From: Candidatus Latescibacterota bacterium
GTDB taxonomy: Bacteria; Latescibacterota; CBDEFO01
DNA: 64,000 nucleotides
Direction: 5' to 3'
NCBI GenBank assembly: GCA_965237525.1
Contig: CBDEFO010000003.1
Location: 224,001-288,000 of the forward strand
In this document: positions 30,972 to 42,560 of the stretch, in pieces
Position numbering within the stretch: the stretch's first letter is position 1
How the letters are laid out: every line of letters begins with the position of its first letter
The notes under the pieces: generated by a model
The model's input: only the letters and a program-made list of their open reading frames with translations
Told to the model about the DNA's origin: nothing
Database searches by the model: none
Program-made: the position numbers and the translations under genes

Positions 30972-31929
30972 GTGAGTAAGATGGCACATAAAGCACCTGG
31001 TAAGTACTTCCGTAAGGGCATGTCTTTCATTGATCTTTTTCGCTTATTCCCTGATGATGGTGTTGCTGATGCGTTTTTCGCTGAGGTACGCTGGCCTGAT
31101 GGTCCCCAGTGTCCCTACTGCGGTTATGCCAATGTCCAGGAAGGTGCGGCGCATAAGACTATGCCTTACCGGTGCCGCAAGGATGGTTGCCGCAAGCGTT
31201 TCAGCGTCCGCATTGGCAGTATCATGGAAGCGTCACCTATCGGTTATCAGAAATGGGCTATTGCCATATACTTGTTGACAACCAATCTTAAGGGCGTGTC
31301 CAGCATGAAACTGCATAGGGATTTGGAAATCACTCAGAAGAGCGCATGGTTTCTTGCCCATCGCATCCGCAAGACCTTTGACGAGGGTGGTGACTTCTTT
31401 GCTGGCCCTGTCGAGGTGGATGAGACTTACGTGGGCGGCCTGGAAAAAAACAAGCATGCGAGCAAGAAGTTGCATGCGGGTCGTGGTACGGTGGGCAAGA
31501 CGGCGGTCGTCGGGGCGCGTGATCGGGAGACGAACCGTATTGACGCTGAGGTGGTAGAATCCACTGATGGGGGTTACCTTACGGGGTTTTGTGTACCGGC
31601 GTACGGAGCCGGGGGCTACTGTTTATACGGATGAGGCTACGGCGTATAAGAGTTTAGAAGGTGTGAATCATGAGTCCGTCAAGCACTCTGTTGGTGAGTA
31701 TGTGGATGGGCAGGCCCACACCAACGGTTTAGAATCGTTCTGGTCTATGCTTAAAAGAGGGTATATCACGGCACCTATCACCGTGATGAGTGTGAAGCAC
31801 CTTGGCAGGTATGTTAATGAGTTTTCGGGGCGTCACAACGTGCGGGATGCTGATACGTTAGTACAAATGGCGTGGATTGCCCAGAGGATGATGGGCAAGC
31901 GCCTTAAATACAAGGAGTTGACAGCATGA
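30972..31929 (+). CDS. IS1595-family transposase (frameshift near 31570; compensating indels near 31765-31785)
   Basis: RWPDGPQCPYC zinc ribbon, GVSSMKLHRDL, VEVDETYVGG, VYTDE, HTNGLESFWSMLKRG. Confidence 0.9.
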
Positions 31930-32044
31930 GTAGACCTAAGAGGGAAGTATCGAAGGACATTCCTCGGTTTCCACACGCTTTACTCTTTATACCTGAGAAA
32001 TTATGTAAGTGATGAAGCTTATCTCAAGGCGAGGGAGGAGTTTC

Positions 32045-32359
32045 TTAAGTTGGAGGCTGAGTCGAAGGCCCGTGTGGAGAGAGAAGGGTATCCATGTTTG
32101 ATTTTACCTGGTTAAGACGGTTATATAGATACACTCTGGCATCTGCAATTCCAGAAGGCCAGGGGTCGCCGGTGCTGAGGTTAAACTGATTCATTATATG
32201 GTGAGCATCATTTATGAGTCCCACAACTTCGGTTTTCGGGTCTTTGGAAAGCGCAAGTGCTTGGCGCAAACATAGTGATATAACCATACATTCAACAGCA
32301 TATACGCGAGCACCGAGAGTTGTAAACCATCTGGTGATTTCTTCATCGTCTTGTTTCAT
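32045..32359 (-). CDS. Hypothetical passenger protein
   Basis: 104-aa ORF, no recognisable motif. Confidence 0.4.
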   Translation of the reverse strand: MKQDDEEITRWFTTLGARVYAVECMVISLCLRQALALSKDPKTEVVGLINDAHHIMNQFNLSTGDPWPSGIADARVYLYNRLNQVKSNMDTLLSPHGPSTQPPT

Positions 32360-32440
32360 CGTCTTGTTTCATCGGAAGTTCCTTTCTTTTGGTATGGGAG
32401 TGAGAGGCGGAATTTACAGGACAGATGCTTACTGAGGTAT

Positions 32441-32977
32441 TTACTTCCAGTAGTCGGGTTTTAGCCATGGTACATACCAGTGGACTTCCACCTTGTTATT
32501 GTAATTTCTTTCAACGTATAGGAATTTCAGGAATGTGCGTTCATCGTAGAGCATAGTTTCCCAGTTTACATTTAGGTTGCTTGGCAGACGTACTTGAGCA
32601 ACCATGGTTGTATCTGTGAAGCCTTTGTAGTCCTGTGTTTCGGCGCTCAGGTTGAACCAGTGGTTTCCATTGGTGTTTTTCAATGTGTCACTTTCGGCAA
32701 TGCGTTTCATAAAAGAGGAAATATTATTGATAAAGAGTATTCTCAGGGTGCCTGCTGTTAAATAGTTCTTTTGAAAGTTATCAATGATGAGGGTATATTG
32801 GAATGGATTTTCATTGCGTAAGAGAAAGTCAACATCAGTGTCTGATCCAAAGCAGTGTTTGGCATGCCAGGCCAGGATGTCTTTGCGGGAAGCATCTGGC
32901 GGTGGTTTTGCTTCTGAGCAGGATATAGAGAATATGGCAAGCAGGCCAATGAGTGTGTTTTTGACAAAGAAATCCAT
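32441..32977 (-). CDS. Hypothetical passenger lipoprotein
   Basis: Lipobox-like ISC after a hydrophobic stretch; AAGGA SD. Confidence 0.6.
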   Translation of the reverse strand: MDFFVKNTLIGLLAIFSISCSEAKPPPDASRKDILAWHAKHCFGSDTDVDFLLRNENPFQYTLIIDNFQKNYLTAGTLRILFINNISSFMKRIAESDTLKNTNGNHWFNLSAETQDYKGFTDTTMVAQVRLPSNLNVNWETMLYDERTFLKFLYVERNYNNKVEVHWYVPWLKPDYWK

Positions 32978-33170
32978 TTTATTCTTCCTTGTCCTGGGTT
33001 GCGTATCCTGGGCTTATGGTTATGGCTGTTGTATTAGGCAGGCTACCCGACCTACGGGTTCCGTCTGATTGGTGACTGGCAATATAAGTTGTTTTGTGTG
33101 GTATGCAAGCGTTTTTTAATATTCTTTGCTTGACAGGGTAGAATTTTTCTCTCTTTAAGGAGGTTATACT

Positions 33171-33353
33171 ATGGGCAAGTCAATTAAGACAATGGAGATG
33201 ATAGAGCGTGTTAGGGGTGGTGAGGATGCTGGGGATGTGATAGCGGGCAAAGAGGTGAAGAAAGAGGAGGGTAAGGAAGATGGTAAGGAGGAAGGTGTTA
33301 GCCTGAGAGAGCGTACGGAGCGTTTTCTTGGTGCTCGGCGGGCTAAGAGGTAG
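33171..33353 (+). CDS. Small charged hypothetical protein
   Basis: Strong AAGGAGG SD; upstream of the MTase gene. Confidence 0.5.
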   Translation: MGKSIKTMEMIERVRGGEDAGDVIAGKEVKKEEGKEDGKEEGVSLRERTERFLGARRAKR

Positions 33354-33397
33354 TAGAATGTAGTAGAGTAGGGAAGTTATAGAAGGAGGTAGATGAC

Positions 33398-34641
33398 GTG
33401 GAGCCGAATTGGAAGGGCAAGACGGTTTTTACGGGTGACAACTTGTATGTTATGCGGGGTATGAATAGCGAGTCTGTTGACTTGATATATCTCGATCCGC
33501 CGTTTAACAGCAACCGGGCGTATGCTGCCCCCATAGGTAGTGAGGCTGCGGGTGCTGCTTTTAAGGATACGTGGACTCTTTCGGATGTTGATCTTGTGGA
33601 GCATAACCGGTTGAAAGAAGAAAATGTCGGTTTGTATACCCTTATGGAGTCTGCGAAACACCTCCATTCTAAGGGTATGTTTTCTTATCTGGTCATGATG
33701 GCGGTTAGGTTGCAAGAGATGCGGCGTATTTTGAAGCCTACGGGTAGTATTTATCTGCATTGCGATCCTACGGCAGATAGCTACTTGCGGTTGGTTATGG
33801 ATGGAATTTTCGGGCATGGGAATTTTCGGAATGAGGTTGTTTGGTGTTATCGTGGTGGTGGTGTTGCTAAATATGATTTTGCCCGAAAACACGACGTAAT
33901 TTTTCGTTATTCCAAGACCAAAAAAGTTGTTTTCAATGTGGATGATGTTAGAATTTCATACTCAAAATCTGTTCTTGAATCATCTACCAGTCGTTACGAC
34001 AAATCTTATAGAGCCAGCAAGGTGTACTCGGGATACAGACCAAACGAGAAAGGCAAACATCCTGAAGATTGGTGGGAAATTCAACCGATTATGCCGTCAT
34101 CAAAGGAGCGTATTGGATACCCGACACAAAAACCGTTAAAAACTGTTGGAGCGTATTATCAAAGCCAGTAGCAACCGGGGCGATGTTGTGTTGGACCCTT
34201 TTTGTGGTTGTGCTATGACTATGGTTGCGGCGGAAGACCTTGGTAGAAATTGGATGGGTATAGATATATCTCCGAAGGCTGTTGAGTTGGTTGTGTCTCG
34301 GATACGGGACCGTCAGGGTCTTTTTAGGGATATAACGCACAGGGACGATATACCGCGTCGGACGGACCTTGGCGAAGAAGTTGAGGGGTAAGGGCAAAGA
34401 CGAATGCAAGAAGACTCTGTATGGTCTCCAGGAAGGATATTGTAACGGTTGTCATGAGCATTTCCAAATCCGTAATTTTCACATGGATCATATTACTCCG
34501 AGGGCTAAGGGTGGTACGGACCATGCCGAGAATTATCAACTGTTATGTGGAGACTGCAACCATAGAAAGGGCACCAAGAGCCAGGCCGAGTTCAAGGCAT
34601 TATTGGCGAAGGAAAAAGGAATCAGTACGTCATGGATATAA
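33398..34641 (+). CDS. DNA methyltransferase (N6/N4, beta-type motif order) fused to C-terminal HNH endonuclease; frameshifts near 34140 and 34373
   Basis: DLIYLDPPFNS, GSIYLHCD, GYPTQKP, VLDPFCG; then CNGC..HMDHITPRAKGG..QLLCGDCNHRKG. Confidence 0.82.
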
Positions 34642-34651
34642 GGAGGGTGTT

Positions 34652-34864
34652 ATGGGCATCGGGGATGGTAATAAGAAGGGCAGGGTAGGCAAGGCATGTG
34701 GAGGCAAGGAGATAGACAGCCGTTATCAGCCTACGAAGGTGGAGTTGGAGGCGGACCTGAGTTTGCCGGAGGGTGTAACGCCGGAGGAAGTAGTGCGGGC
34801 GATGTTTTCGGGTGATCCGCCGAGGGTAGAGTCGGGCAAGGGGAAACCGTCTACGGAGAAGTGA
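34652..34864 (+). CDS. Small hypothetical protein at the element's right end
   Basis: AAGGAGG SD; MGIGDGNKK...YQPTKVELEADLSLPEGVTPEEVVRAMF. Confidence 0.5.
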   Translation: MGIGDGNKKGRVGKACGGKEIDSRYQPTKVELEADLSLPEGVTPEEVVRAMFSGDPPRVESGKGKPSTEK

Positions 34865-35091
34865 CAGGAGTATGGGGGGAACTACGTTGGTGGTGCTATG
34901 GACTTTTGGCACTCAAGTATATAAGCCCCCAAGATATTAACAAACAGGTCAAAGTCAATTCCTTTTTCACGGCGAATGACGACCATTAACGAGCGAACTG
35001 CGATTATTCCTATAACTTCATAATGCAAAGGATGCTATCTGATTAAGATCAATTTCCTTGTCTGTACGAATCCATCTGCTTTCGATCCATC

Positions 35092-35984
35092 TTAGTTGGA
35101 GAAAGTTGCTTCATGCGGCCCCAGGTGTCAGCTTCGACCGATGTTGCAGGTACCCAGATGCTGGAATCAAAGGGGGCCAGGAGATAGTCGACGAAGTTGT
35201 CGGCATGATTGTCCAATCTTGTGGCCCCGCTGTTCGTCCAGAATCCGTTGTAGCCCCCAACTTCGAGGTCGTCATCGTCCATAACAGCAAAGCCTATTCC
35301 GATGATAGCGCCCTCTTCATAGGTATGTATTATGCTATCATCTACACTATTAAAATCTATATCGTTAAATCCCATGAAGTATGTCTCCACATTCAGCGTG
35401 CCCGGTCCACCCACTTTACCATCAAAGGTTCAGGCAAGGTCGGCATAAGGAGGTAATCCTGCCCATGCGGCCGCTCCCCAAAACCAGATGGGATTCTCTC
35501 TGTTCAGAAAATAGTGATAGTTTTGCGCCTGAGCTGAGTTGTACCTGTCGGGATCCACATCGAGATCTTGCATGAGCTGGTACTGTCCTCCGCTGTGGTC
35601 AGCATCGACGACCCACTCGAGCATCTCCCGAACGTCTACCCCTGCAAAGGAAAGAGAGACGTCGTCGTACCTATCCTCCATCGTATGTATCAGGTTAGTC
35701 ACCGGACTCCATCCCACGATTATCCTTTCGGAAAGGTTGGACGAATCTGGGTCCCCCAGGCCTCTGACAGTCTCTATCAGATCGTCATGCGTCACCCAGA
35801 ACTCTGAGGGAACGTTAGCCCACTCGCTGAGATCACCGTCTAATTCAATGTTCTGGAACTCATTGGTACCAATCGGCACCTGGACAGCAACGAAGTTCCT
35901 ATCCGACCTCAAATGAGCAGAACCCGTACTTATAGCAAAAAGAACAAATCCCAGAGCTGTAAATATCCCCAATATCGTCTTCAT
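35092..35984 (-). pseudogene. Secreted protein with CBM9/DOMON-like region and C-terminal TWGxxK motif; frameshifts near 35430 and 35110
   Basis: Signal peptide, IELDGDLSEW, IGIGFAVMDDD, ATSVEADTWGRMK. Confidence 0.65.
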
Positions 35985-36021
35985 GGCGCTATCCTTTCGT
36001 TGCAATGATTAAAGTGCAAAA

Positions 36022-39000
36022 CTATTCTATCCTACCGAAGTTATCAAGAAAGATCACAAAGTCGGACAGACCGACCTCTCCGTTGCCGTCTAAATCAAAT
36101 ATAGAATTGGCTGAAGTGGTCGTCGTCCCGAACGCATCTAGAAACAGGACAAAGTCGGCAAGGCCTACTTCATTGTTCCCGTCGAAATCTCCTACAAGGC
36201 CAGGGATGCTAACAAAACTGAATCCGTCAGAGAGCGTACCTGAAAGACCATCAGGATTTGTGACTATCACGTCCACAGTGCCAGCAGGATAAGTAGGAGT
36301 CACAGCGGTAATGGTACCCAGAGACACTACGACTACATTCGTGGCTGTGCTATCACCAAAAGTAACAGTCGCTCCGCTTAGGAAATTGCTCCCTGTTATC
36401 GTCACAGACGTACCTCCCAATTTTACGCCAGAATCAGGATCAGTAGATGTCACAATAGGAGGATATGGACCAGAGAGATTCAACAACACTGACACATTAT
36501 CGCTGCCATTGTTAGCTACAACTAAGTCATTATCTCCATCTCCATCTAAATCTGCAATGAATACTGAACGGGGACTAGTACCAGCAACATAGTCCACCTT
36601 GTCTGCGAATGTCCCATTCCCATTATTCAACAACACTGACACATTATCGCTGCCATTGTTAGCTACAGCTAAGTCATAATCTCCATCTCCATCTAAATCT
36701 GCGCTGAATACTGAAAAGGGATTAGTACCAGCAACATAGTCCACAGTTGATGCTGCGAATGTCCCATTCCCATTATTCAACAACACTGACACATTATCGC
36801 TGCCATTGTTAGCCACAGCTAAGTCATTATCTCCATCTCCATCCAAATCTGCGCTGAATACTGAATAGGGACCATCCCCCTCATAGTCCACCCTGTCTGC
36901 AAATGTCCCATTCCCATTATTCAACAACACTGACACATTATCGCTAAACCAATTAGCTGTGATTAAGTCATTATCTCCATCTCCGTCTACATCTGCGCTG
37001 AATACTGAATAGGGACCATACCCCACGTCATAGTCCACCTTGTCTGCAAATGTCCCATCGCCATTATTCAACAATACTGATACATTACCACTGCCATTGT
37101 TAGCTACAGCTAAGTCATTATCTCCATCTCCATCTAAATCTGCGCTGAATACTGAAAAGGGATTAGTACCAGCAACATAGTCCATTTTACCTGCGAATGT
37201 CCCATTCCCATTATTCAACAACACTGATACATTATCGCTAAACCAATTAGCTGTGATTAAGTCATTATCTCCATCTCCGTCTACATCTGCACTGAAGATT
37301 GAGAAGGGCTGATTCCCAATGTTATAGTCCACCTTGCCTGCGAATTTACCATCGCCATTATTCAACAAAATCGATACCTCAAAGCTGAGCCCATTAGCCA
37401 CAGCTAAGTCATTATCTCCATCTCCATCTAAATCTGCAGTGAATACTGAAAAGGGTTCGTTCCCAACGGTATAGTCAGTTGGGAGTCCAAAAAGGGCAGG
37501 AACAAAAGTAAATCCGTTCTCAAGTGTGTCTGCCTGACCGTCGGGATTTGTGACTATCACATCTACAGTACCGGCAGGATGAGTGGGAGTCACAGCGGTA
37601 ATGATAGAGGTAAATACGACTATATCTGTGGCTGCGATATCGCTGAAAGTAACAGTCGTTCCTATCTTGAAATTGCCCCCTGCTATCGTCACAGGCGTAC
37701 CACCCAATTCCGGGCCAGAAGCGGGATTAACAGATGTCACGACAGGATGAGAAAGAAAAGTAAATCCACCAGAGAGTGTGCCTGTCATACCGTCAGGATT
37801 TGTAACTATCATATCCACAGTGCCAGCAGGATGAGCGGGAGTTTTTGCGGTAATGGTATTGGTAGCCACTACGACTACATTTATGGCTCGGCTATCTCCG
37901 AAAGTAACAGTTGCTCCACGCTGGAAATTGCTCCCTGTAATCTTCACAGGTGTAAGGACTAATTCCACGCCAGAATCAGGATCAGTAGATGTCACAATAG
38001 GAGGATATGGACGAGAGAAATGCAACAACACTGACACATTATCGCTGCCATAGTTAGCCACAGCTAAGTCATTATCTCCATCTCCATCTAAATCTGCAAT
38101 GAATACTGATGCGGGACCATCCCACACGCCATAGTCCACCTTGTCTGCAAATGTCCCATTCCCATTATTCAACAACACTGACACATTATCGCTGCCACTG
38201 TTAGCCACAGCTAAGTCATTATCTCCATCTCCATCCAAATCTGCGCTGAATACTGAAAAGGGATTAGTACCAGCAACATAGTCCATTTTACCTGCGAATG
38301 TCCCATTCCCATTATTCAACAACACTGACACATTACCGCTAAACCAATTAGCTGTGATTAAGTCATTATCTCCATCTCCGTCTACATCTGCGCTGAATAC
38401 TGAATAGGGACCATACCCCACGTCATAGTCCACCTTGTCTGCAAATGTCCCATCGCCATTATTTAACAACACTGATACATTATCGCTAAACCAATTAGCT
38501 GTGATTAAGTCATTATCTCCATCTCCGTCTACATCTGCGCTGAATACTGATCCGGGACGATACCCCACGTCATAGTCCACCTTGTCTGCAAATGTCCCAT
38601 CGCCATTATTCAACAATACTGATACATTACGACTGCCATTGTTAGCCACAGCTAAGTCATTATCTCCATCTCCGTCTACATCTGCGCTGAATACTGAATA
38701 GGGACCATACCCCACGTCATAGTCCACCTTGTCTGCAAATGTCCCATCGCCATTATTCAACAATACTGATACATTACGATTGCCATTGTTAGCTACAGCT
38801 AAGTCATTATCTCCATCTCCGTCTAAATCTGTGCTGAATACTGAAAAGGGACGATACCCCACGTCATAGTCCACCTTGTCTGCAAATGTCCCATCGCCAT
38901 TATTCAACAATACTGATACATTACGACTGCCATAGTTAGCTACAGCTAAGTCATTATCTCCATCTCCGTCTAAATCTGTGCTGAATACTGAAAAGGGGCC

Positions 39001-40222
39001 GATACCCCACGTCATAGTCAGTCTTGAGTCTGAATCCGAAGCCGTAGGCATTCAGGATGATGTCAACGCCTGTGACGGGGCTCCCCGCTGTAACTACAAT
39101 CGGAGTGGACGCCGCGGGATCATCCATAGCTGATTCGGCTACATCCCAGAACTCCGGCGGACCAGGCAAGGCCGGCGGCGGATCGACAGACCCCACAAGG
39201 GAGCGCCCAGTAAACGCAGGATCGATCTGTTCCACTTCAACCGTGTAGCTGGCCCCGGGGGTCAATCCAAAAAGTTGAAAGCGGCCCTCTAGTTCAGTCA
39301 GCGTTGTAGTTTCAAAAAACCCAGGAGATAAACCGCGCCCCTGACACGTAAGAGACCGCATCCGCGTGGGGATTATCAATGTTTCTGGAGATGACATTGG
39401 CACCCGCGAAGGGAGTAATCCTATCTGCCAACAGGATATCTCCAATGATTGCACCCGTGCTGCTGAAGAAGGTCGAGGTCGGATAGAGCGTGGAGACTGC
39501 CACCACATCGTCCGTATGTAGGGTGGCCTGTTCCCCTCCAAGCAAGATGGGGAACATGGTCGCCGTCATGCTGGTCGGCAAAGGTCCGCCGTAAGACGTG
39601 GTAGAAAGACCGTTCACCTGCGTGTGACTCAGCCCGATAAAGTGCCCGAACTCATGCACGAAGTTCCCCAAAAGTTTCTCAGTGGAGATCTCGATCCCAT
39701 CGTCGGAATCCCCGTTGACAGCTCTCCCATTGAAGATCGCACTTTCCCCTCCAGTGATGAAGAACGGGGCTTCTAAAGTGAGGAACTCTTCTCCAGCGAA
39801 CCCCAATATGGAGGTGGAAGAGCCAGGGCCGAATACCGCATCGATCAGACTGCCATCTGTATCAAAGATGATGGGACTCAGGCTATCTCGTTGGTCCATA
39901 GACATGAATAGCTCCTCCGGAGTATCCACATCTAATGGCAGGGGGCCCGCCGTTAGCAAAGGTAATAGTGGCTGTAGGCACGCTCTTCCAGACCTCAAAG
40001 GCCTGTTGAACGAGATCCAGCACAGTCGCGTTATCGAGTACGCCGAGGGGCCCCTGGTCAGCGTTGAACAGAACCGGCTGGGAAGGGTCCCACCCATACG
40101 GCTCTCCTGTATCGCTAACGATTCAGTGGGCCTCCCGCCCACACAGGGCTATCAAATCCTCCGATGACCAGTGCCAAAAGTAAGAAGCTCCTTTTCAGGA
40201 TGTTACAGGTATCCATTCCCAT
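36022..40222 (-). CDS. Large secreted protein: matrixin-like metallopeptidase + FG-GAP repeats + IPT/TIG + dockerin-like tail; at least four frameshifts in the 5' part
   Basis: Signal peptide from ATG 40222, HEFGHFIGLSH..ATMFP metzincin motif, 14 DxDGDGD repeats, three VTNPDG IPT domains, GDFDGNNEVGLADF tail. Confidence 0.8.
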
Positions 40223-40245
40223 ACGCTCCTTTCTTCATACACAGG

Positions 40246-40839
40246 TCAGCGTGCCAGTTTCTTCACCAACGACATCAACCAGATATAATCAACAGGACCT
40301 TTCTTCAAGTTGAGCGTCCCAACCTTTTTCTGGCTCAACGTCGCTGCCCTATCCTCCACGCCTGCAAAGAGTCCTGCGTTCTGAATCCCGTTGACAGCGA
40401 CTTTACGCTCGGTGGCCGGATCAATCACAATCCGGAATGCACCCTGGAACAACCCCACCGGGCTGGTCAAACCTAACTGACTGTCAGACCTCAAAAAGAG
40501 TGTCACTTCCTCTCCCATCCGAAATATCGGCAATCCCGGGATTCGCGCAATAGCGCCCGTTTCAGGATCAGGATGGATGCGTCCGTACTGCCGGATGTTG
40601 AGTGTTTGACCAATGGACCCCTTGACCACATCAGACACGTCAAACGTGATGCTGGTGGCCGGGATCGTGGTTCCCCCCGGTACAGATAGGGTTACGTCCT
40701 CCACAGCGCTAACTGTACCTGTGAAGATGCGATCGGCATCAGTGACCATCCGGACCAAATTGAGCTTTAACACCACGGTGGCAGGTGAAGTGCTGGCGAC
40801 CAGCAGCATTAAAGAAGCGTAGAAAATTATTCTTTTCAT
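40246..40839 (-). CDS. Secreted hypothetical protein upstream of the metallopeptidase gene
   Basis: Signal peptide related to FG-GAP paralogues; ADRIFTGTV, PGLPIFRMGEEVTLFL, PVGLFQGAF; AAGGAGG SD. Confidence 0.75.
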   Translation of the reverse strand: MKRIIFYASLMLLVASTSPATVVLKLNLVRMVTDADRIFTGTVSAVEDVTLSVPGGTTIPATSITFDVSDVVKGSIGQTLNIRQYGRIHPDPETGAIARIPGLPIFRMGEEVTLFLRSDSQLGLTSPVGLFQGAFRIVIDPATERKVAVNGIQNAGLFAGVEDRAATLSQKKVGTLNLKKGPVDYIWLMSLVKKLAR

Positions 40840-40891
40840 TTTAGTCCTCCTTCTTCTAGGGTCGATAGGGTATAACTGCTCAGAAGCGGCT

Positions 40892-41083
40892 TCATAGAAA
40901 AGAAATTATAATATATGCAAGCAACGCCAACACCAAAAATCCGATCACGATTCTTATGACGAACGCTCCGATTTTCATCGCTATCCACACAAGGACAAGG
41001 ACTACTATCGCGGCTATTATGGCTTCTACTTGCGTGAGTTCGCCTGTGGAGAATCTTTCGGCTATCGTATCGAGAAGACCCAC
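40892..41083 (-). CDS. Small two-TM membrane protein
   Basis: AAGGAGG SD; two hydrophobic helices. Confidence 0.6.
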   Translation of the reverse strand: MGLLDTIAERFSTGELTQVEAIIAAIVVLVLVWIAMKIGAFVIRIVIGFLVLALLAYIIISFL

Positions 41084-41228
41084 TTAGAAGGATCCTCCTT
41101 ACTTTCTTATTGACTTTGTCCCAAGTTATACCTAATATTACTCCTTCGTTTCAGCAAAATATAATGAAGGTTTTCTTCAAAGTCAAGCGGGTTTAGTCAA
41201 CGCAAAACAGTCGGGGGATTTTGATAAA

Positions 41229-41640
41229 TGAAGCATCATCAACAGCAAAAACGTTAAGCTCCTCATCACAGACGTGGATCGAGTCCCGACCGACGCAGCT
41301 TTGTACTACGTCCTTGTAGACCATGTACAGACGAGATTCAACTCCAAGGACGGAATTGGGATTTCATTTCTGAGAGAACTCGCAAAGCTCGAGGCTATGC
41401 TTTTCTCCCAGGATGGCAGGCAAGTTATCTCAAAAAAAAGCAGAATGGCTAAATATACGAGGGCTTCATCAGGGAGTTAAGGACAAGGCCTCTTATGACG
41501 GAGGTCGGATTCTCGGTCGCAGTCCATGACGTTGTTACCGCCGTAAGACAGATCGTCCGCTATGTGACCTCGTGCTCGTGTGCAGATGGAGCCTTCTGCG
41601 AGGTCTGTAGATAATACTCAAAGCCAGAGGCGTAGGCCTA
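41229..41640 (+). pseudogene. KdsC-like (KDO 8-phosphate phosphatase) remnant
   Basis: KNVKLLITDVDRVPTDAALYY...FNSKDGIGI resembles KdsC DVDGVLTD/FNxKDG; stops and deletions downstream. Confidence 0.6.
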
Positions 41641-41690
41641 CGTGAGCGTTGCTGGTATTTGATGGTGTGCCACAGGAATCAGATTTAGAG

Positions 41691-42458
41691 ATGACAATTG
41701 GTTATGTAATAAAAGGTGCGCTTAAGAATCTAAGACATCACAAGCTCGGAAAATGTAATATATGTGGTAAGTTCACAGTCTTTATCTGCACAGACTGGAT
41801 GACAGCGACCAGCAACATGTATTGCCTGTTCTGCGTCAGCTCATCACGGAAAAGACATGTTGCAAAAATGATCGTTGAAGAGGTTACAAAGGGTATTTCC
41901 TCTATCTCCAAGATTCTGAAGGCACTGGACATCAAAATTTACAATACAGATGTAGGTGACGCATTTTATAGAGTGTTACATAATCATGAGTCATTTATTT
42001 GCTCCGGCCTTTTCCCCGATGTTGAACCGGGGACTCAGATTCGAGAGAGGGTATTTTGCCAAAACATAGAAAATTTGACATTTCAGGATAAAACTTTTGA
42101 TGTGGTAATAACCGAAGAGGTCTTTGAACATGTAAGAGATCACGAAAAAGGATTTCGAGAGATTTTTCGTGTATTGAAAGTCGGCGGTTATCATATTTTT
42201 ACTGTTCCTTGCTATTTTGATAGACCGACCATCATTCGTGTCGATACCTCTGGTGACGAGGATATCCATATTCTCCCACCGGAATACCACCGTGACAAGA
42301 TCAGGGGCAAGATTTTGGCGTATAGGATGTTTGGGATCGATATTTACGATCTTCTCAAATCTATCGGCTTCGAAACGAAAGTGAATTTTTCTAAATATGT
42401 GGATCGAAAGTACGGGATTTTTGATAGTCATGTATTCATCTCTAAGAAATTGGGTTAG
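41691..42458 (+). CDS. Class I SAM-dependent methyltransferase
   Basis: N-terminal CxxC pairs; LTFQDKTFDVVITEEVFEHV, RVLKVGGYHIFTVP. Confidence 0.82.
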   Translation: MTIGYVIKGALKNLRHHKLGKCNICGKFTVFICTDWMTATSNMYCLFCVSSSRKRHVAKMIVEEVTKGISSISKILKALDIKIYNTDVGDAFYRVLHNHESFICSGLFPDVEPGTQIRERVFCQNIENLTFQDKTFDVVITEEVFEHVRDHEKGFREIFRVLKVGGYHIFTVPCYFDRPTIIRVDTSGDEDIHILPPEYHRDKIRGKILAYRMFGIDIYDLLKSIGFETKVNFSKYVDRKYGIFDSHVFISKKLG

Positions 42459-42560
42459 CATCGCGTTCTAGCGATCTCTCTTGGAGTTGACTCAAATGAC
42501 TTCGGGATTTTAGATAAACATGAACTGTAATTAAGCGGTTGTGATTTCAAGAGTGAACTT

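Larger units (their letters stand above)
30410..34929 (+). mobile_element. IS1595-family element with passenger genes (4520 bp)
   Basis: Perfect 24-bp TIR GGGGCTTATATACTTGAGTGCCAA; 8-bp TSD CAAGATAT at 30402-30409 and 34930-34937; IS1595 transposase inside. Confidence 0.93.

Noticed and set aside
36480..39010. CRISPR-like regular repeats with variable intervening sequence
   Set aside because: Units are in-frame FG-GAP coding repeats of ~147 bp; no unique spacers or cas genes
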